Assembly (NCBI GenBank): GCA_964353745.1
Contig: CAYGWD010000002.1
Span: 1 to 61,705, forward strand
Length of the DNA stretch: 61,705 nt
Source: an uncultured archaeon
Lineage (GTDB): Archaea > Aenigmatarchaeota > Aenigmatarchaeia > Aenigmatarchaeales > Aenigmatarchaeaceae
Direction: 5' to 3'
Part shown: one piece after another, positions 17,552-27,287 of the stretch
Layout: each line of letters opens with the position of its first letter
Numbering within the stretch: position 1 is the stretch's first letter
Program-made: the position numbers and the translations under genes
The notes under the pieces: model-generated
What the model saw: only the letters and a program-made list of their open reading frames with translations
Database searches by the model: none
What the model was told of the DNA's origin: nothing

Positions 17552-17630
17552 AACAATAAGAATGATTAGAACGATTAGAATAATTCTAATGATTCTAATC
17601 GTTCTAATCGTTATTGGCCTCTAATCGTTC
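17546..17630. repeat. iteron-like array: 3 direct GATTAGAA(C/T) copies facing 4 inverted (A/G/C)TTCTAATC copies
   Basis: Direct copies at 17546, 17564 and 17573. Inverted copies at about 17584-17590, 17592-17600, 17601-17609 and 17619-17626. Confidence 0.65.
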
Positions 17631-17749
17631 TACTAACAGTAATTGATTAATAAAAAATGGTGTGAACATGGCTAAAAAAATAAGAATTGTTATTGTTGAA
17701 AACGAGTTAAAAGAGTTCCAGCTCGGTTTGAGACGTTTAATCCGACAGA

Positions 17750-17965
17750 TTGAGAAGGGAGTTTGAGATGAACGATAAATTATTGATAAACAGGCTGAAA
17801 AAATTGGATTTAATGATTTCAGCTCTTTTGAAAACTCTTAAGGAGCTGGGAGAAAATGAAAAGGAAACAAAGGAATTAACATCCTTTTCAATCAAACAAT
17901 CCAAGCTCTTTTTGAAAACATTTTATGGATCTGAAAGTCAAAAAAAATCTTCTGAGGGTTATTGA
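17750..17965 (+). CDS. hypothetical protein
   Basis: Open frame in the element. Confidence 0.3.
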   Translation: MRREFEMNDKLLINRLKKLDLMISALLKTLKELGENEKETKELTSFSIKQSKLFLKTFYGSESQKKSSEGY

Positions 17966-18209
17966 AATGAGATACTGTAAAACCTGTCAGGAATGGAGAG
18001 AAGATTTAAAGAACTGCCTTAGAAGGAATCATGATATAGATTGGAACAATTTCAGAGAGGATAAAGTTGGCATGGATGTATGCCTAAACGAATAAAACAC
18101 ATCAAAAGAATTCAATTTTATTATTTGTTATAAACATTACCTAACTGTTGTTTGTTGTTTCATTAATAATAGGATGTTAAAACAATACAATTTTTAGAGG
18201 TTGAGAAAA

Positions 18210-18392
18210 ATGCCAAGATTGATAAAACTAAATAAGTTTGGCAGTCTTTCAGTTGTAATACCTATTGGCATTGTAAGGTCTGCAAAGCTTCAAGCTGGAG
18301 AGGAAATGGATTTTGAGTTGATGAATGCCAAGCCTCTGGTTCTGAAATTGAAAAGAAAAGAAGAGCTGGAAAAAGACGAGTGGAGTCAATAA
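18210..18392 (+). CDS. AbrB/SpoVT-domain protein
   Basis: PRLIKLNKFGSLSVVIPIGIVRSAKLQAGEEMDFEL; ATG at 18210 preferred over the TTG at 18201. Confidence 0.5.
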   Translation: MPRLIKLNKFGSLSVVIPIGIVRSAKLQAGEEMDFELMNAKPLVLKLKRKEELEKDEWSQ

Positions 18393-18413
18393 AAAACTAA
18401 GGAGAATGATAAA

Positions 18414-18677
18414 ATGTCAAAGAAAACTGTTGGTTGTGATCCATACAGAACCGATGAAGAGAAAACTTTGAATTTCAAATTAAACAAGGCTGAACTGATA
18501 GCAATCGAGTCAGGCCTTCAAATGTTTGCTATAGAATGTAGAGATGATAAAAGCATGAGAGAATCAGTAGAAGATGCTCACTTTACTCTCAGGGATTTGA
18601 TAATACAGGAGCATGAGCAAAGGAAGGAAATCTCTAGCAAGGAATTAGAAGAAAAACAGGCTTTTGGTAGAGGATAA
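18414..18677 (+). CDS. hypothetical protein
   Basis: Open frame; stop overlaps the next start. Confidence 0.4.
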   Translation: MSKKTVGCDPYRTDEEKTLNFKLNKAELIAIESGLQMFAIECRDDKSMRESVEDAHFTLRDLIIQEHEQRKEISSKELEEKQAFGRG

Positions 18678-19138
18678 TGGCTGAATTAAAATCTTTGGCA
18701 GATTCAGAAAATGAAGTGATGCTCTCTAGAAAAGAGTTTGATTTCAAACTTGCTCTGATCTATCAGATAAATCGTATAGGTCAGTTGTCAGCTAGTGTTT
18801 TAAACATCAGTTCTGGTGATGCAGGTTTCAAGGAATATACTGATGAATTAAAGGTATTGTCAGCTTACTATCTGGAGAGTGCTATTTCTATTCTTGAAAA
18901 TATGTTAGCCTTCTATCTGGATGAAGAGGTAAAAAATAAATTAAAATATCTTGAAGCTGACTTTTTGTCTAGGCAGGATCATATAGATAAACAAGTTTTT
19001 GGAGGAACAGTATTTGGCTCTTACTACAATAGAAGAGATTATGCCTTGAGGAAATTTAGAATCCTGATGGAGTTCATGGGCAAGAAAGGTTTGTTATTAG
19101 AGGAGTTAGGAAATCTAGGAGAAGAAGGTTTGTTATAA
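18677..19138 (+). CDS. hypothetical protein
   Basis: Open frame, translationally coupled on both sides. Confidence 0.4.
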   Translation: MAELKSLADSENEVMLSRKEFDFKLALIYQINRIGQLSASVLNISSGDAGFKEYTDELKVLSAYYLESAISILENMLAFYLDEEVKNKLKYLEADFLSRQDHIDKQVFGGTVFGSYYNRRDYALRKFRILMEFMGKKGLLLEELGNLGEEGLL

Positions 19139-19929
19139 TGCCTAATGTTATTATCAGAGATATTCAAGACAAAATTCTAAACAAGAATCAAAACTTTATC
19201 TGTGCCATAGTTGGAGGCGTTGGGAAAGGTAAGAGTTATATCGGTTTGAGATGGTGCGAACTTATCTCTCCCAGGTTCAATCTTGATTATGTTGTATTCT
19301 CAGCCAAAGATTTTCTAGCTTTGGTCAATTCTGATAAGTTGAAAAAGGGAGATTCTATTCTTTGGGATGAAATGTCTGTTGATATGTATTCTAGGAACTT
19401 CATGGAACTTCAGAACAAATTAATAAACCATGTTCTAACAACTTTCAGAACTAAGAACATAGCCTTATTCTTTACAGCACCTTCTTTAAAATTCGTAGAC
19501 GTGGGAGTTGGTAGACTATGCCATGCTGTTATCGAGCCTGTATCTATCAACAGGGAAAGACAATCTAATATCTTCAAATTCAAATGGATACAGGCTAATC
19601 CTATCACAGGGAAAATAATATATCCTTTTCCTCACATAGTTTCTAAAGGTAGAATCAAAAGAATTGAACGAATGGAATATAAGAAATCTAAATTTGCTGA
19701 TGCTTATGAAATAAAGAGAAAGGAGTTTGCTAACAAGTTATCCAAATCAGTAGAGAAGGATATACTCAAAGCTGAATCATCCGAGAATAGAAAGAAGCAA
19801 ACTGATGAAGACATCATAGAATCAGGAATCAGGGAAGGTATTGATTGGAAGAAAACTAGAGATGTCTGTGCAAGGTTTAACATTCCAAGAGATAGAGCCT
19901 ATAGGATTCAATCTAAAGTGAGCATGTGA
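19138..19929 (+). CDS. P-loop ATPase (Zot/terminase/packaging-ATPase-like) with C-terminal HTH-like tail
   Basis: Walker A GGVGKGKS, Walker B ILWDEMS. Confidence 0.5.
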   Translation: MPNVIIRDIQDKILNKNQNFICAIVGGVGKGKSYIGLRWCELISPRFNLDYVVFSAKDFLALVNSDKLKKGDSILWDEMSVDMYSRNFMELQNKLINHVLTTFRTKNIALFFTAPSLKFVDVGVGRLCHAVIEPVSINRERQSNIFKFKWIQANPITGKIIYPFPHIVSKGRIKRIERMEYKKSKFADAYEIKRKEFANKLSKSVEKDILKAESSENRKKQTDEDIIESGIREGIDWKKTRDVCARFNIPRDRAYRIQSKVSM

Positions 19930-20010
19930 GAGAGAAGCATATCTTTCTTTCCTTATCTATTAAATTGATAATAGATTATAGAAGTATTAATATTAGCTAA
20001 CTTACTAACT

Positions 20011-21240
20011 TTATTTTGATTTGATTTCTTTCAGTTTGTTAGAAAAAGCTTTGCATAGATCAGGATATTCTTTCATCATTATCCTAACTGCTTCTTGCAT
20101 GGATATTATTTCTCTGCTTTCTTCATCCAAAGGCATGGCACAATTGCCACAGAATTTATTAGTCGGAGAGTTTGGAGTGTTGCATTTAGCACAAATAATA
20201 TAATCTAATGCTCTGTCTATGCTGGTTGTCTTTTGCTTCAGGCCTTTCTTTTCAAGCATTACATCGTCTATATCCTTTGCTGATAAGCTGATGTATATCT
20301 CAGGCATACGAGAGCTTCCTGTCCATCCAGCAAACTTTTTCAACCAAGATTCTTGATAGCCTTCTCTTGCTAATTCAGTTAGCCTAGAATGTCTAAACAG
20401 ATGTGGATGAACTCTTTTTCTTATCTCTGTTCTTTTAACAGATAGTCTTATCATTCTGTAAATTCCAGCAATAGTTAATCTGTTTCCATAATCCTTTTTA
20501 GAAAGACATATGAACATAGGAGAATCTGGATTGTCTTTGTAAGGATGGTTGTTTATCCATTCCTTCAATATCAAAGCTGAGTCTATAATCCTAATCTTTC
20601 TTTGGCCTGTCTTTCCAGAGACAGATAGAACATAACCAAAGTTATCAGAGACAGCATCCTTTATGCTCAAGTTGGTTATCTCTCCAATACGACAAGCTGA
20701 TTCATAGAGAAGCAATATGATTGCCTTGTCTCTCAAGTTATCAGTTCTGTTTGCTATCGTCAAAATTTCTTCCTTTGTCAATAGCTGGTCTGCTGGTAAG
20801 TGATTATTATTTCCTCTTCTCAAACTGATCCATTCGACAACATCAGGATAACCTTTTTTCATCTTATAGTATTTTTGAAAGAATATCTTGATTGTTGTTT
20901 TTCTTCCTATCTTTGTTGGTTCTGATAGCTTATCTATAGATAATAGGTAGCCTTCAACATCCTTTCTTGTTATCTTTTTCAAAGGCTTCCTTACTTTTAG
21001 AAAGAACAATCTTAATACAATCAGATAATTCCTTCTTGAAGATAGAGTTAATGATTTCAATACATTATCCTTATCAAATTCTCTCAAGGCTTCCAAGTGT
21101 TCAGGCAGTATTTTTTCTGATTCCTTCAGCTTCTCTGCATCTTCTCTAAGGATATTTCTCCTATCAAAAGTAGTGTTGGATAGCATGGTCTTTATATGAT
21201 TCTCCAGCTTCTCTGCATCTTTATTAATTTTTGCATCCAT
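20011..21240 (-). CDS. tyrosine recombinase/integrase with C-terminal double zinc ribbon
   Basis: HPHLFRHSRLT (HxxR), catalytic Tyr region MPEIYISL, SAM-like N-domain, CAKCNTPNSPTNKFCGNC. Confidence 0.85.
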   Translation of the reverse strand: MDAKINKDAEKLENHIKTMLSNTTFDRRNILREDAEKLKESEKILPEHLEALREFDKDNVLKSLTLSSRRNYLIVLRLFFLKVRKPLKKITRKDVEGYLLSIDKLSEPTKIGRKTTIKIFFQKYYKMKKGYPDVVEWISLRRGNNNHLPADQLLTKEEILTIANRTDNLRDKAIILLLYESACRIGEITNLSIKDAVSDNFGYVLSVSGKTGQRKIRIIDSALILKEWINNHPYKDNPDSPMFICLSKKDYGNRLTIAGIYRMIRLSVKRTEIRKRVHPHLFRHSRLTELAREGYQESWLKKFAGWTGSSRMPEIYISLSAKDIDDVMLEKKGLKQKTTSIDRALDYIICAKCNTPNSPTNKFCGNCAMPLDEESREIISMQEAVRIMMKEYPDLCKAFSNKLKEIKSK

Positions 21241-21296
21241 AATTATCTTGAGGTTATGAATCTTATTATTAATGAAACATTTGTTGGTGCATTCCC

Positions 21297-22523
21297 TTGT
21301 TAATAGGCATATTCTCTGACTGCCATTGCGGCTATAAATATGGTGAAGAAAGGTGGAAAGATAGCTTCCTAGCTCTGAACGAGGCCATGGACAAGACAGC
21401 GGACTGTGATTTGATAATAATACCAGGGGATTTATTTGACACGAGGATACCTAGGCCGGAGGTGTTCGCCAAGGTTGCAAGAATATTGAGCAAGGCGCAG
21501 ACCATACCTTCGGAGACAAAGTTCCTGGAAATAATGAACAAGGAAAAGATAGAAATGTCCCCGCTAGCATTAAGAGGTATACCGATAGTTGCTATTCATG
21601 GCACTCATGAGAAGAGGAGCAAGCACTTGATAAATCCGATACAGTCCTTGGAGCATGCAGGTCTGTTGATACACTTGCATTGCGCAACTGCTGTCTTCGA
21701 AATAGAGGGAAGAAAAATCGCTGTTCACGGCATGTCCGGCGTTCCAGACAGATATGCCAAGGATGTCTTTGAACAATGGAATCCTCAACCAGTTTCAGGT
21801 GCGATAAACATTCTAATGATTCATCAGAGCATAGAGCCTTACATATATTCTCCTTTGGAACCGCCTTCCATGAAGATAGACGACTTGCCAAAGGGTTTTG
21901 ATCTGTATTTGTTGGGCCATATGCACTGGCATGAGAGCAGAATATTGAACGACGGTCAATTGCTTGTGTGCGGTAGCACTGTTCCAACAAGCTTGCACAA
22001 GATAGAGGCTGAACAGGAAAAGTGCATCCACAAGTTTGATGGTAAGATTATAACCAGCATACCATTGGAAAATCAGAGAAAGATATTTTGGAAAGATTTT
22101 GACTTTGAGCCGAACATAAAGGAAAGCATTGAGACTTTTGTTGCTTCCATCTCGCCTTTCAAACCCAAGCCGATAATTAACATAAAGGTAAAGGGTTTGA
22201 TAAAAAAAGACCAGCTTCTTCCGAGCTTTTCCAAGATAGAAGAAAAGTTCATGGACAAGGCCATTGTTAACATAAACAAGGATTTGGAATTCGAGGGCTT
22301 TCAGGAACAATTGGAGATGCTGAATGCGTTAAAGGAGCAAAAACTTTCTCCTGAGGAGCACGGCTTGAAGATACTTCAGGAGAACCTGAAACAGGCCAAC
22401 TGCGGGATAAAGATTGAAGAGATATTCGAATACCTGGTTCAGGGAGACGTTGATTTGATGTTCAACATTCTTACTGGCAGGCAGACCACACTCAAATCAG
22501 GACTGGAGAAGTGGACTGAATGA
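21297..22523 (+). CDS. mre11: DNA double-strand break repair nuclease Mre11
   Basis: FSDCHCG, PGDLFD, HGTHE and GHMH phosphoesterase motifs; TTG start; overlaps rad50. Confidence 0.85.
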   Translation: MLIGIFSDCHCGYKYGEERWKDSFLALNEAMDKTADCDLIIIPGDLFDTRIPRPEVFAKVARILSKAQTIPSETKFLEIMNKEKIEMSPLALRGIPIVAIHGTHEKRSKHLINPIQSLEHAGLLIHLHCATAVFEIEGRKIAVHGMSGVPDRYAKDVFEQWNPQPVSGAINILMIHQSIEPYIYSPLEPPSMKIDDLPKGFDLYLLGHMHWHESRILNDGQLLVCGSTVPTSLHKIEAEQEKCIHKFDGKIITSIPLENQRKIFWKDFDFEPNIKESIETFVASISPFKPKPIINIKVKGLIKKDQLLPSFSKIEEKFMDKAIVNINKDLEFEGFQEQLEMLNALKEQKLSPEEHGLKILQENLKQANCGIKIEEIFEYLVQGDVDLMFNILTGRQTTLKSGLEKWTE

Positions 22524-24895
22524 TAACCAAAGTTAAATTAAAAAATTGGAGGTCTCACCTAGACACGGAAATAGAATTTGCAGAAGGCACTAATTGCTTT
22601 GTGGGAAACATCGGTTCCGGTAAAACGTCAATAATGGATGCAATATGCTTTGGTTTGTTTGGAACATTCTTACAATTGCAGCAGAAGAAAATCAAGTTAG
22701 AAGATATAATAATGAAAAAGCCGGCTACACAGGAAAAGGCAGAAGTGATGGTCTCGTTCGACATCGGCGATGAGAGCGATTGGACGGTCAAAAGGACAGT
22801 CACCAAAGGAAAGACGTCGGCCGAATTGAGAAAGAACGGTGAACTGATAGAGGGCCCTCAATCGACAAAGGTCACAGAGGAAGTTGAAAAGTTATTGAAG
22901 ATGAATTATGATTTGTTCTCAAGAGCTGTTTATTCGGAGCAGAACCAGCTTGACATGTTCCTGACAATACCCAAGGGACAGAGGATGAAGAAGATTGATG
23001 AGTTATTAGCGATAGACAAGTTTGAAAAAGCCAGAGCCAGCACAATGTCGTTGATAAACAAATTTTCAACTGCCTTGAACGAGAAAGAGCTGATGGCTCA
23101 GAACCTAAGGTCTGACGAGAGTTTGAAAAGGCTAGATATGGTCAAGAGAGAATTTCTCGAATTCAAGGAAAAGGAAGATAGGATGAAGGGTCAAATGGGT
23201 GAAGTCTTCAACAAGAAGATTGATATGACTAAAGAAATATTAAACCTGAAACAGCAGCAGAAAAAATTGCAGCTCATAGAGGGGGACGCAAAGAAGGTTG
23301 CAGCTCTGATAGAACTGACAGAATCAGACATAGAAAAGATAAAGGGAGATTTGGTTGAATTTTCTGAAAAGACTGACGATGGCCTGAAGATAGAGATAAA
23401 GAATAATGACGATGAGATTGCAAAGCTCAGTGCAAGTCTCAACGACGAGAAGAGGAACCTAGACGCATTAAAGGACAAGTTTGCAGAGGATAATGCTCAA
23501 ATAAATCTCCTGGAAAAGGAAAAAATGCCAGACGCAGAAAAGCTTGTGAAAGAGTTGGACGAGATGACTGAGAGCGTCAAGAAGAATCAGATTAAAAAAC
23601 TTAGTGCAGACTTGGAGGACAGTAAAAAAGAGCTGGAGAAGAACCAGCTAGGCCTTCAAAAATCCTTGGCAAGACTCTCAGAAATAGAGGATAGCATAAA
23701 CGAGTTGGGCCTGGTCGGCAGCACGTGTCCTGTTTGCGATTCTAAACTGACTGAGAACAAGAAGCTAAAGCTGATTGAGAAGAAGAAAGATATCAGAAAG
23801 GATTTGAAAAAGGACATAGAGAAGTGCGCCTCTGTTATAGAGAAGATGAAGCCTGAACTGCCTGCATTGGAGAAGAAGATAAAAGAAGTGGAAAAGATGC
23901 AGGAAAGATTCGAAGTAATAAAGGACAGTAAAAAGGAATTAAAGGCATTGGAAAGTGTTCTGAAAGATCTAAAATCGAAGAACCTTGTTTTTGAAAACCA
24001 GAAGAGGATGTTTGAAAAGAACATTGGTTTGATAGATGAGAACACAAACAAAATAAAGGAGCAACAGGAAAAGATAAAACAGATTCTTTCTAAAAAGGAA
24101 GAGGCGAACATAAAGTTAGACAGGATAAGAGAATACAGGCGGCAACTGACAGCACTTGGCTCGGAAAAGGAACTGCTGATATCATTCTCACCTTCCGTCC
24201 TTGAAAAATTAGAGATAGATTATCAATCCATCATCGGTCTGGAAGGAGAACTCCAGGCCAACCTGAGGAACCTTACCGAGATAAAGAACGATAAGCAAAA
24301 GCTTTTGGAAGAAATGGAGAACAAGAAGAATCTGCTGGAGAATTATGAGCTGGAGATAAGAAAGATAAGCGCCATCTCTGACCAATTAAGACTGCTAGAG
24401 TCTGCACTAGAAGCCACGCAGGAGCAGCTAAGAAAGGATTTTGTCACAGCTGTTAACGAGGCCATGCAATTCATCTGGTCTGAGCTATATCCGTACAAGG
24501 ACATCTACAGCATTCGTTTGGGTATCGAAGAAGGTGATTACGTTTTACAATTGCAGGATTCCACTGGTTGGATTCCTGCCGATGGTGCCGCTTCTGGCGG
24601 CGAGAGGTCAATGGCCTGCCTTGCTTTGAGAATCGCTTTTTCTTTGGTCCTTGCTCCTCAATTACGAATGTTAGTGCTAGACGAACCAACAGCTAACTTG
24701 GATGCACAATCAATAGATATTCTCGCTGATGTTCTCAGGGAAAGAATTACCAAACTGGTCGAGCAATGCTTCCTCGTGACCCATGATGAGAAATTGAAAG
24801 AGGCTGTGAGCGGTTTCTGCTACGAGTTCAGCAGGGACAAGTCCAAAGACGAAGTGACAAGTGTGATGCTCGTTAGCTCGCCTACGCAAATTTAA
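22520..24895 (+). CDS. rad50: DNA double-strand break repair ATPase Rad50
   Basis: Walker A GNIGSGKTS, long coiled coil with CPVC zinc hook, signature SGGERS, Walker B LVLDEPT. Confidence 0.9.
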   Translation: MITKVKLKNWRSHLDTEIEFAEGTNCFVGNIGSGKTSIMDAICFGLFGTFLQLQQKKIKLEDIIMKKPATQEKAEVMVSFDIGDESDWTVKRTVTKGKTSAELRKNGELIEGPQSTKVTEEVEKLLKMNYDLFSRAVYSEQNQLDMFLTIPKGQRMKKIDELLAIDKFEKARASTMSLINKFSTALNEKELMAQNLRSDESLKRLDMVKREFLEFKEKEDRMKGQMGEVFNKKIDMTKEILNLKQQQKKLQLIEGDAKKVAALIELTESDIEKIKGDLVEFSEKTDDGLKIEIKNNDDEIAKLSASLNDEKRNLDALKDKFAEDNAQINLLEKEKMPDAEKLVKELDEMTESVKKNQIKKLSADLEDSKKELEKNQLGLQKSLARLSEIEDSINELGLVGSTCPVCDSKLTENKKLKLIEKKKDIRKDLKKDIEKCASVIEKMKPELPALEKKIKEVEKMQERFEVIKDSKKELKALESVLKDLKSKNLVFENQKRMFEKNIGLIDENTNKIKEQQEKIKQILSKKEEANIKLDRIREYRRQLTALGSEKELLISFSPSVLEKLEIDYQSIIGLEGELQANLRNLTEIKNDKQKLLEEMENKKNLLENYELEIRKISAISDQLRLLESALEATQEQLRKDFVTAVNEAMQFIWSELYPYKDIYSIRLGIEEGDYVLQLQDSTGWIPADGAASGGERSMACLALRIAFSLVLAPQLRMLVLDEPTANLDAQSIDILADVLRERITKLVEQCFLVTHDEKLKEAVSGFCYEFSRDKSKDEVTSVMLVSSPTQI

Positions 24896-24920
24896 AAATT
24901 CTAAATTCTTAAGTGATATT

Positions 24921-25664
24921 ATGATAAGATTTCTATACAAACATCCAGCATTATATATTTCGAAAGAAAAGACACTCGTGATAAGCGATACTCATATAGG
25001 TATCGAATACGAAATCTATAAATCTGGAATAACAATACCTTCTCAAGTTGAAAGATTGGAAAAGAGAATAGACAAAATGATTAAAATCACTAAAGCCAAA
25101 CATTTGGTTATTTTAGGTGATGTAAAGCATCAGGTCCCTTCTATTTCTTGGCAAGAATATAGAGAAATACCAAATTTCCTAGAACATTTTAAAAATGTAA
25201 AAATAACCATAGTGAAAGGAAACCATGACGGATTTATCGAGAGACTCGCTCCAGCACATATCAACATTTACGAATCTCAAGGTTTCAAATTGGGCGATAT
25301 TCTTTTGACTCATGGTCAGGCTTGGCCTGATAAAAAATACTTAGACGCTGAATACCTAATAATCGGTCATGTACATCCAGCTATTCAGTTTTTGGTAGAA
25401 AGCTTTAGATCGATTGAGCCTTGCTGGCTGAAGTGCGAGATAGATAATAAAAAATTATTTGAGAAATTCAAGGTTAAAACCAAATTTAAACAGGGAATAA
25501 TAATGCCAGCCTTTAATCACTTGATTGGCGGCATGGCTTTTAATTCAAAAGATTTCGAGCCATTGGGACCTTTGCTTACAAATGAAATTTTGAAATGGAA
25601 AGAAGCTGAAGTTTATTTGTTGGATGGAACTTTCTTAGGAAATTTGAACAAGTTGAAAAAATAG
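24921..25664 (+). CDS. calcineurin-like metallophosphoesterase (archaeal SbcD/Mre11-related family)
   Basis: ISDTHIG, LGDVKH, GNHD, THGQ, GHVHP. Confidence 0.75.
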   Translation: MIRFLYKHPALYISKEKTLVISDTHIGIEYEIYKSGITIPSQVERLEKRIDKMIKITKAKHLVILGDVKHQVPSISWQEYREIPNFLEHFKNVKITIVKGNHDGFIERLAPAHINIYESQGFKLGDILLTHGQAWPDKKYLDAEYLIIGHVHPAIQFLVESFRSIEPCWLKCEIDNKKLFEKFKVKTKFKQGIIMPAFNHLIGGMAFNSKDFEPLGPLLTNEILKWKEAEVYLLDGTFLGNLNKLKK

Positions 25665-25695
25665 GTTTAAATCTTTAATCTCTCTATTTGTGTGC

Positions 25696-26295
25696 ATGGA
25701 AAATAAAGAAGATAAAGTATGGATTAACAACGTCTATGGCATGGATTGCGTAGGCAATGAAATAAGAGTTTTATCATATGAGGAATCGCCTGATAAGTGG
25801 GAAGGCACAAAACATAAAAAAGTTTTTGATATAGACACAGGGAAACTAAAAAGCGAAAGAACATACGAAAGTTATTCATTCTGGGACATTCCATTAAGTG
25901 TTTTAGCTATAGTACCATTAGTTCCTTTATTAGTTCCTTCTATAAGGAGAAACGTCAAAAAAAGGTTATCTAGATATAATAATTTTATTAATCATGTTCA
26001 TACAGACATTTGGTCATATGATAGAAATGCTGAAGCTAGAGTCGATAAAATTCTAGAAAAGGGAATACGAAAAATTGATGTTCATAGAAGCATGGAATCT
26101 GCCGAAAGATATTATGATAAAAAACTAGAGCCTGTAAAGATTGATTCCTCGGAAAAGTTTATTTCAGCCTATTCTAAAAGAGAGCTAAAAATAACTGCAC
26201 TTGGAATGGGAGCGGATGCAATAGTGGATTATGGCTTTTTCGTAAGCAAGGCAAAAAAGAGAGTAGTTATGGGAACACCGGTAAAATTTGAGTAG
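25696..26295 (+). CDS. hypothetical membrane-associated protein
   Basis: Open frame with one central hydrophobic helix. Confidence 0.4.
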   Translation: MENKEDKVWINNVYGMDCVGNEIRVLSYEESPDKWEGTKHKKVFDIDTGKLKSERTYESYSFWDIPLSVLAIVPLVPLLVPSIRRNVKKRLSRYNNFINHVHTDIWSYDRNAEARVDKILEKGIRKIDVHRSMESAERYYDKKLEPVKIDSSEKFISAYSKRELKITALGMGADAIVDYGFFVSKAKKRVVMGTPVKFE

Positions 26296-26338
26296 GCTAA
26301 AAAATAGATTTAAATTTTTAACCTTTTAATTAATTAAA

Positions 26339-26869
26339 ATGTCTATTAAACCACATAACAAAACAGAAGCTTGTTTCTTAAAACTAAGAAAAGTATTAAG
26401 AAAATATAAAATAGAAGATCGTGAACATCCTGATATTGAATTATTTGATTTGAAAAACGGAATTATAATAGCAAGAGAAGATGATGGTGCTGATTATTTT
26501 GGCAAAGTATATACTATAATTAAAGATTTGAAACCTGTAAAAATAGAAGAGGCTAGAAACATATTAGGTCAGTTAACTAAAGTGGAAGTACCTAAAAGAT
26601 TAAATTGCGAATATAACGCCTTAACGAAGGTTGATGCGGCATGTCTTTCAGCTGAGCATATTGGTGAATCAGAATATGATATGCTTCCTTGGAGAGAAAG
26701 GGTTGTAACAAGCCAAAGAGGTTATTCAGACATATTCCATAAATACGAAGGTCAACCTGATAAAAAACAAGTAGAGAAAAGTTTAGATAAGTTTGAAGAT
26801 CATTTTGGATTAAAACTTCCATATAAAAGGAGAGCAGTTAAAGTTCCTAAAGTAACTATTACGCTCTAA
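26339..26869 (+). CDS. hypothetical protein
   Basis: Open frame. Confidence 0.4.
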   Translation: MSIKPHNKTEACFLKLRKVLRKYKIEDREHPDIELFDLKNGIIIAREDDGADYFGKVYTIIKDLKPVKIEEARNILGQLTKVEVPKRLNCEYNALTKVDAACLSAEHIGESEYDMLPWRERVVTSQRGYSDIFHKYEGQPDKKQVEKSLDKFEDHFGLKLPYKRRAVKVPKVTITL

Positions 26870-27153
26870 ACAACCTTTATAGAACCTTTTCTTCCTAGTC
26901 CCAATTGCAATTCTTCTCTAAATTCCTTGGTAAATCCGTCAGTTATCTCAACTTCTTGCCCACTCTCCAGACCGTCGGACTGCTTGCCCCATAGAGTCAA
27001 CTTTATGGTGCCAGAATCATCTTCCAGAGTTGCTTCTGTTAATGTAGTCGCAGTTCCAAACTTTGTCATAATTTCTCTAGGCTCTTTCAGTTCTGCTATC
27101 TTTGCTTTTATTTTTACGTCATTCATTCCTGCTTTAAGTTCGTTTATTTGCAT
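26866..27153 (-). CDS. OB-fold ssDNA-binding (RPA/SSB-like) protein, 95 aa
   Basis: MQINELKAGMNDVKIKAKI...LEDDSGTIKLTLWGKQ...GQEVEITDG is a typical RPA-type OB pattern. The track ORF is extended upstream only by read-through of repeat copy C. Confidence 0.6.
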   Translation of the reverse strand: MQINELKAGMNDVKIKAKIAELKEPREIMTKFGTATTLTEATLEDDSGTIKLTLWGKQSDGLESGQEVEITDGFTKEFREELQLGLGRKGSIKVV

Positions 27154-27193
27154 TAAATCACTCTTAAATAATGTTATAACAAGTTTATAAATT

Positions 27194-27227
27194 AAATGAT
27201 TCGCTAGTTCAAATCCTGCCCTCCGCA
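27194..27227 (+). repeat. tRNA 3'-end-like repeat, copy C (34-nt block shared with copy D)
   Basis: AAATGATTCGCTAGTTCAAATCCTGCCCTCCGCA; 33/34 identical to 41528-41561. Confidence 0.7.
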
Positions 27228-27287
27228 TTACATATTCCTCACGCAGAGGCTGCAAGGTTAATAAACCAGAATTAATAAATTGATAAT

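Larger units (their letters stand above)
14674..21274. mobile_element. integrated plasmid/provirus-like element (~6.6 kb)
   Basis: Tyrosine integrase at the right end, AbrB/RHH/wHTH small regulators, two P-loop ATPases, iteron array, all orphan ORFs. Bounded by the 12-nt direct repeat TTATTATTAATG (14674-14685 and 21263-21274), between purB-like and mre11. Confidence 0.6.

Noticed and set aside
17546-17630. CRISPR-like array
   Set aside because: The units are 8-9 nt, lack spacers of CRISPR size and switch orientation. No CRISPR array was seen anywhere in the window.
22555-24111. Multiple antisense ORFs inside rad50 (for example 23191..23478, 23656..24111), and similar shadows inside aCPSF1, ProRS, MetRS, mre11 and the giant adhesin
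   Set aside because: They lie opposite strongly supported genes, and their Ser/Phe/Leu-rich translations are typical of antisense Lys/Glu-rich coiled-coil codons.
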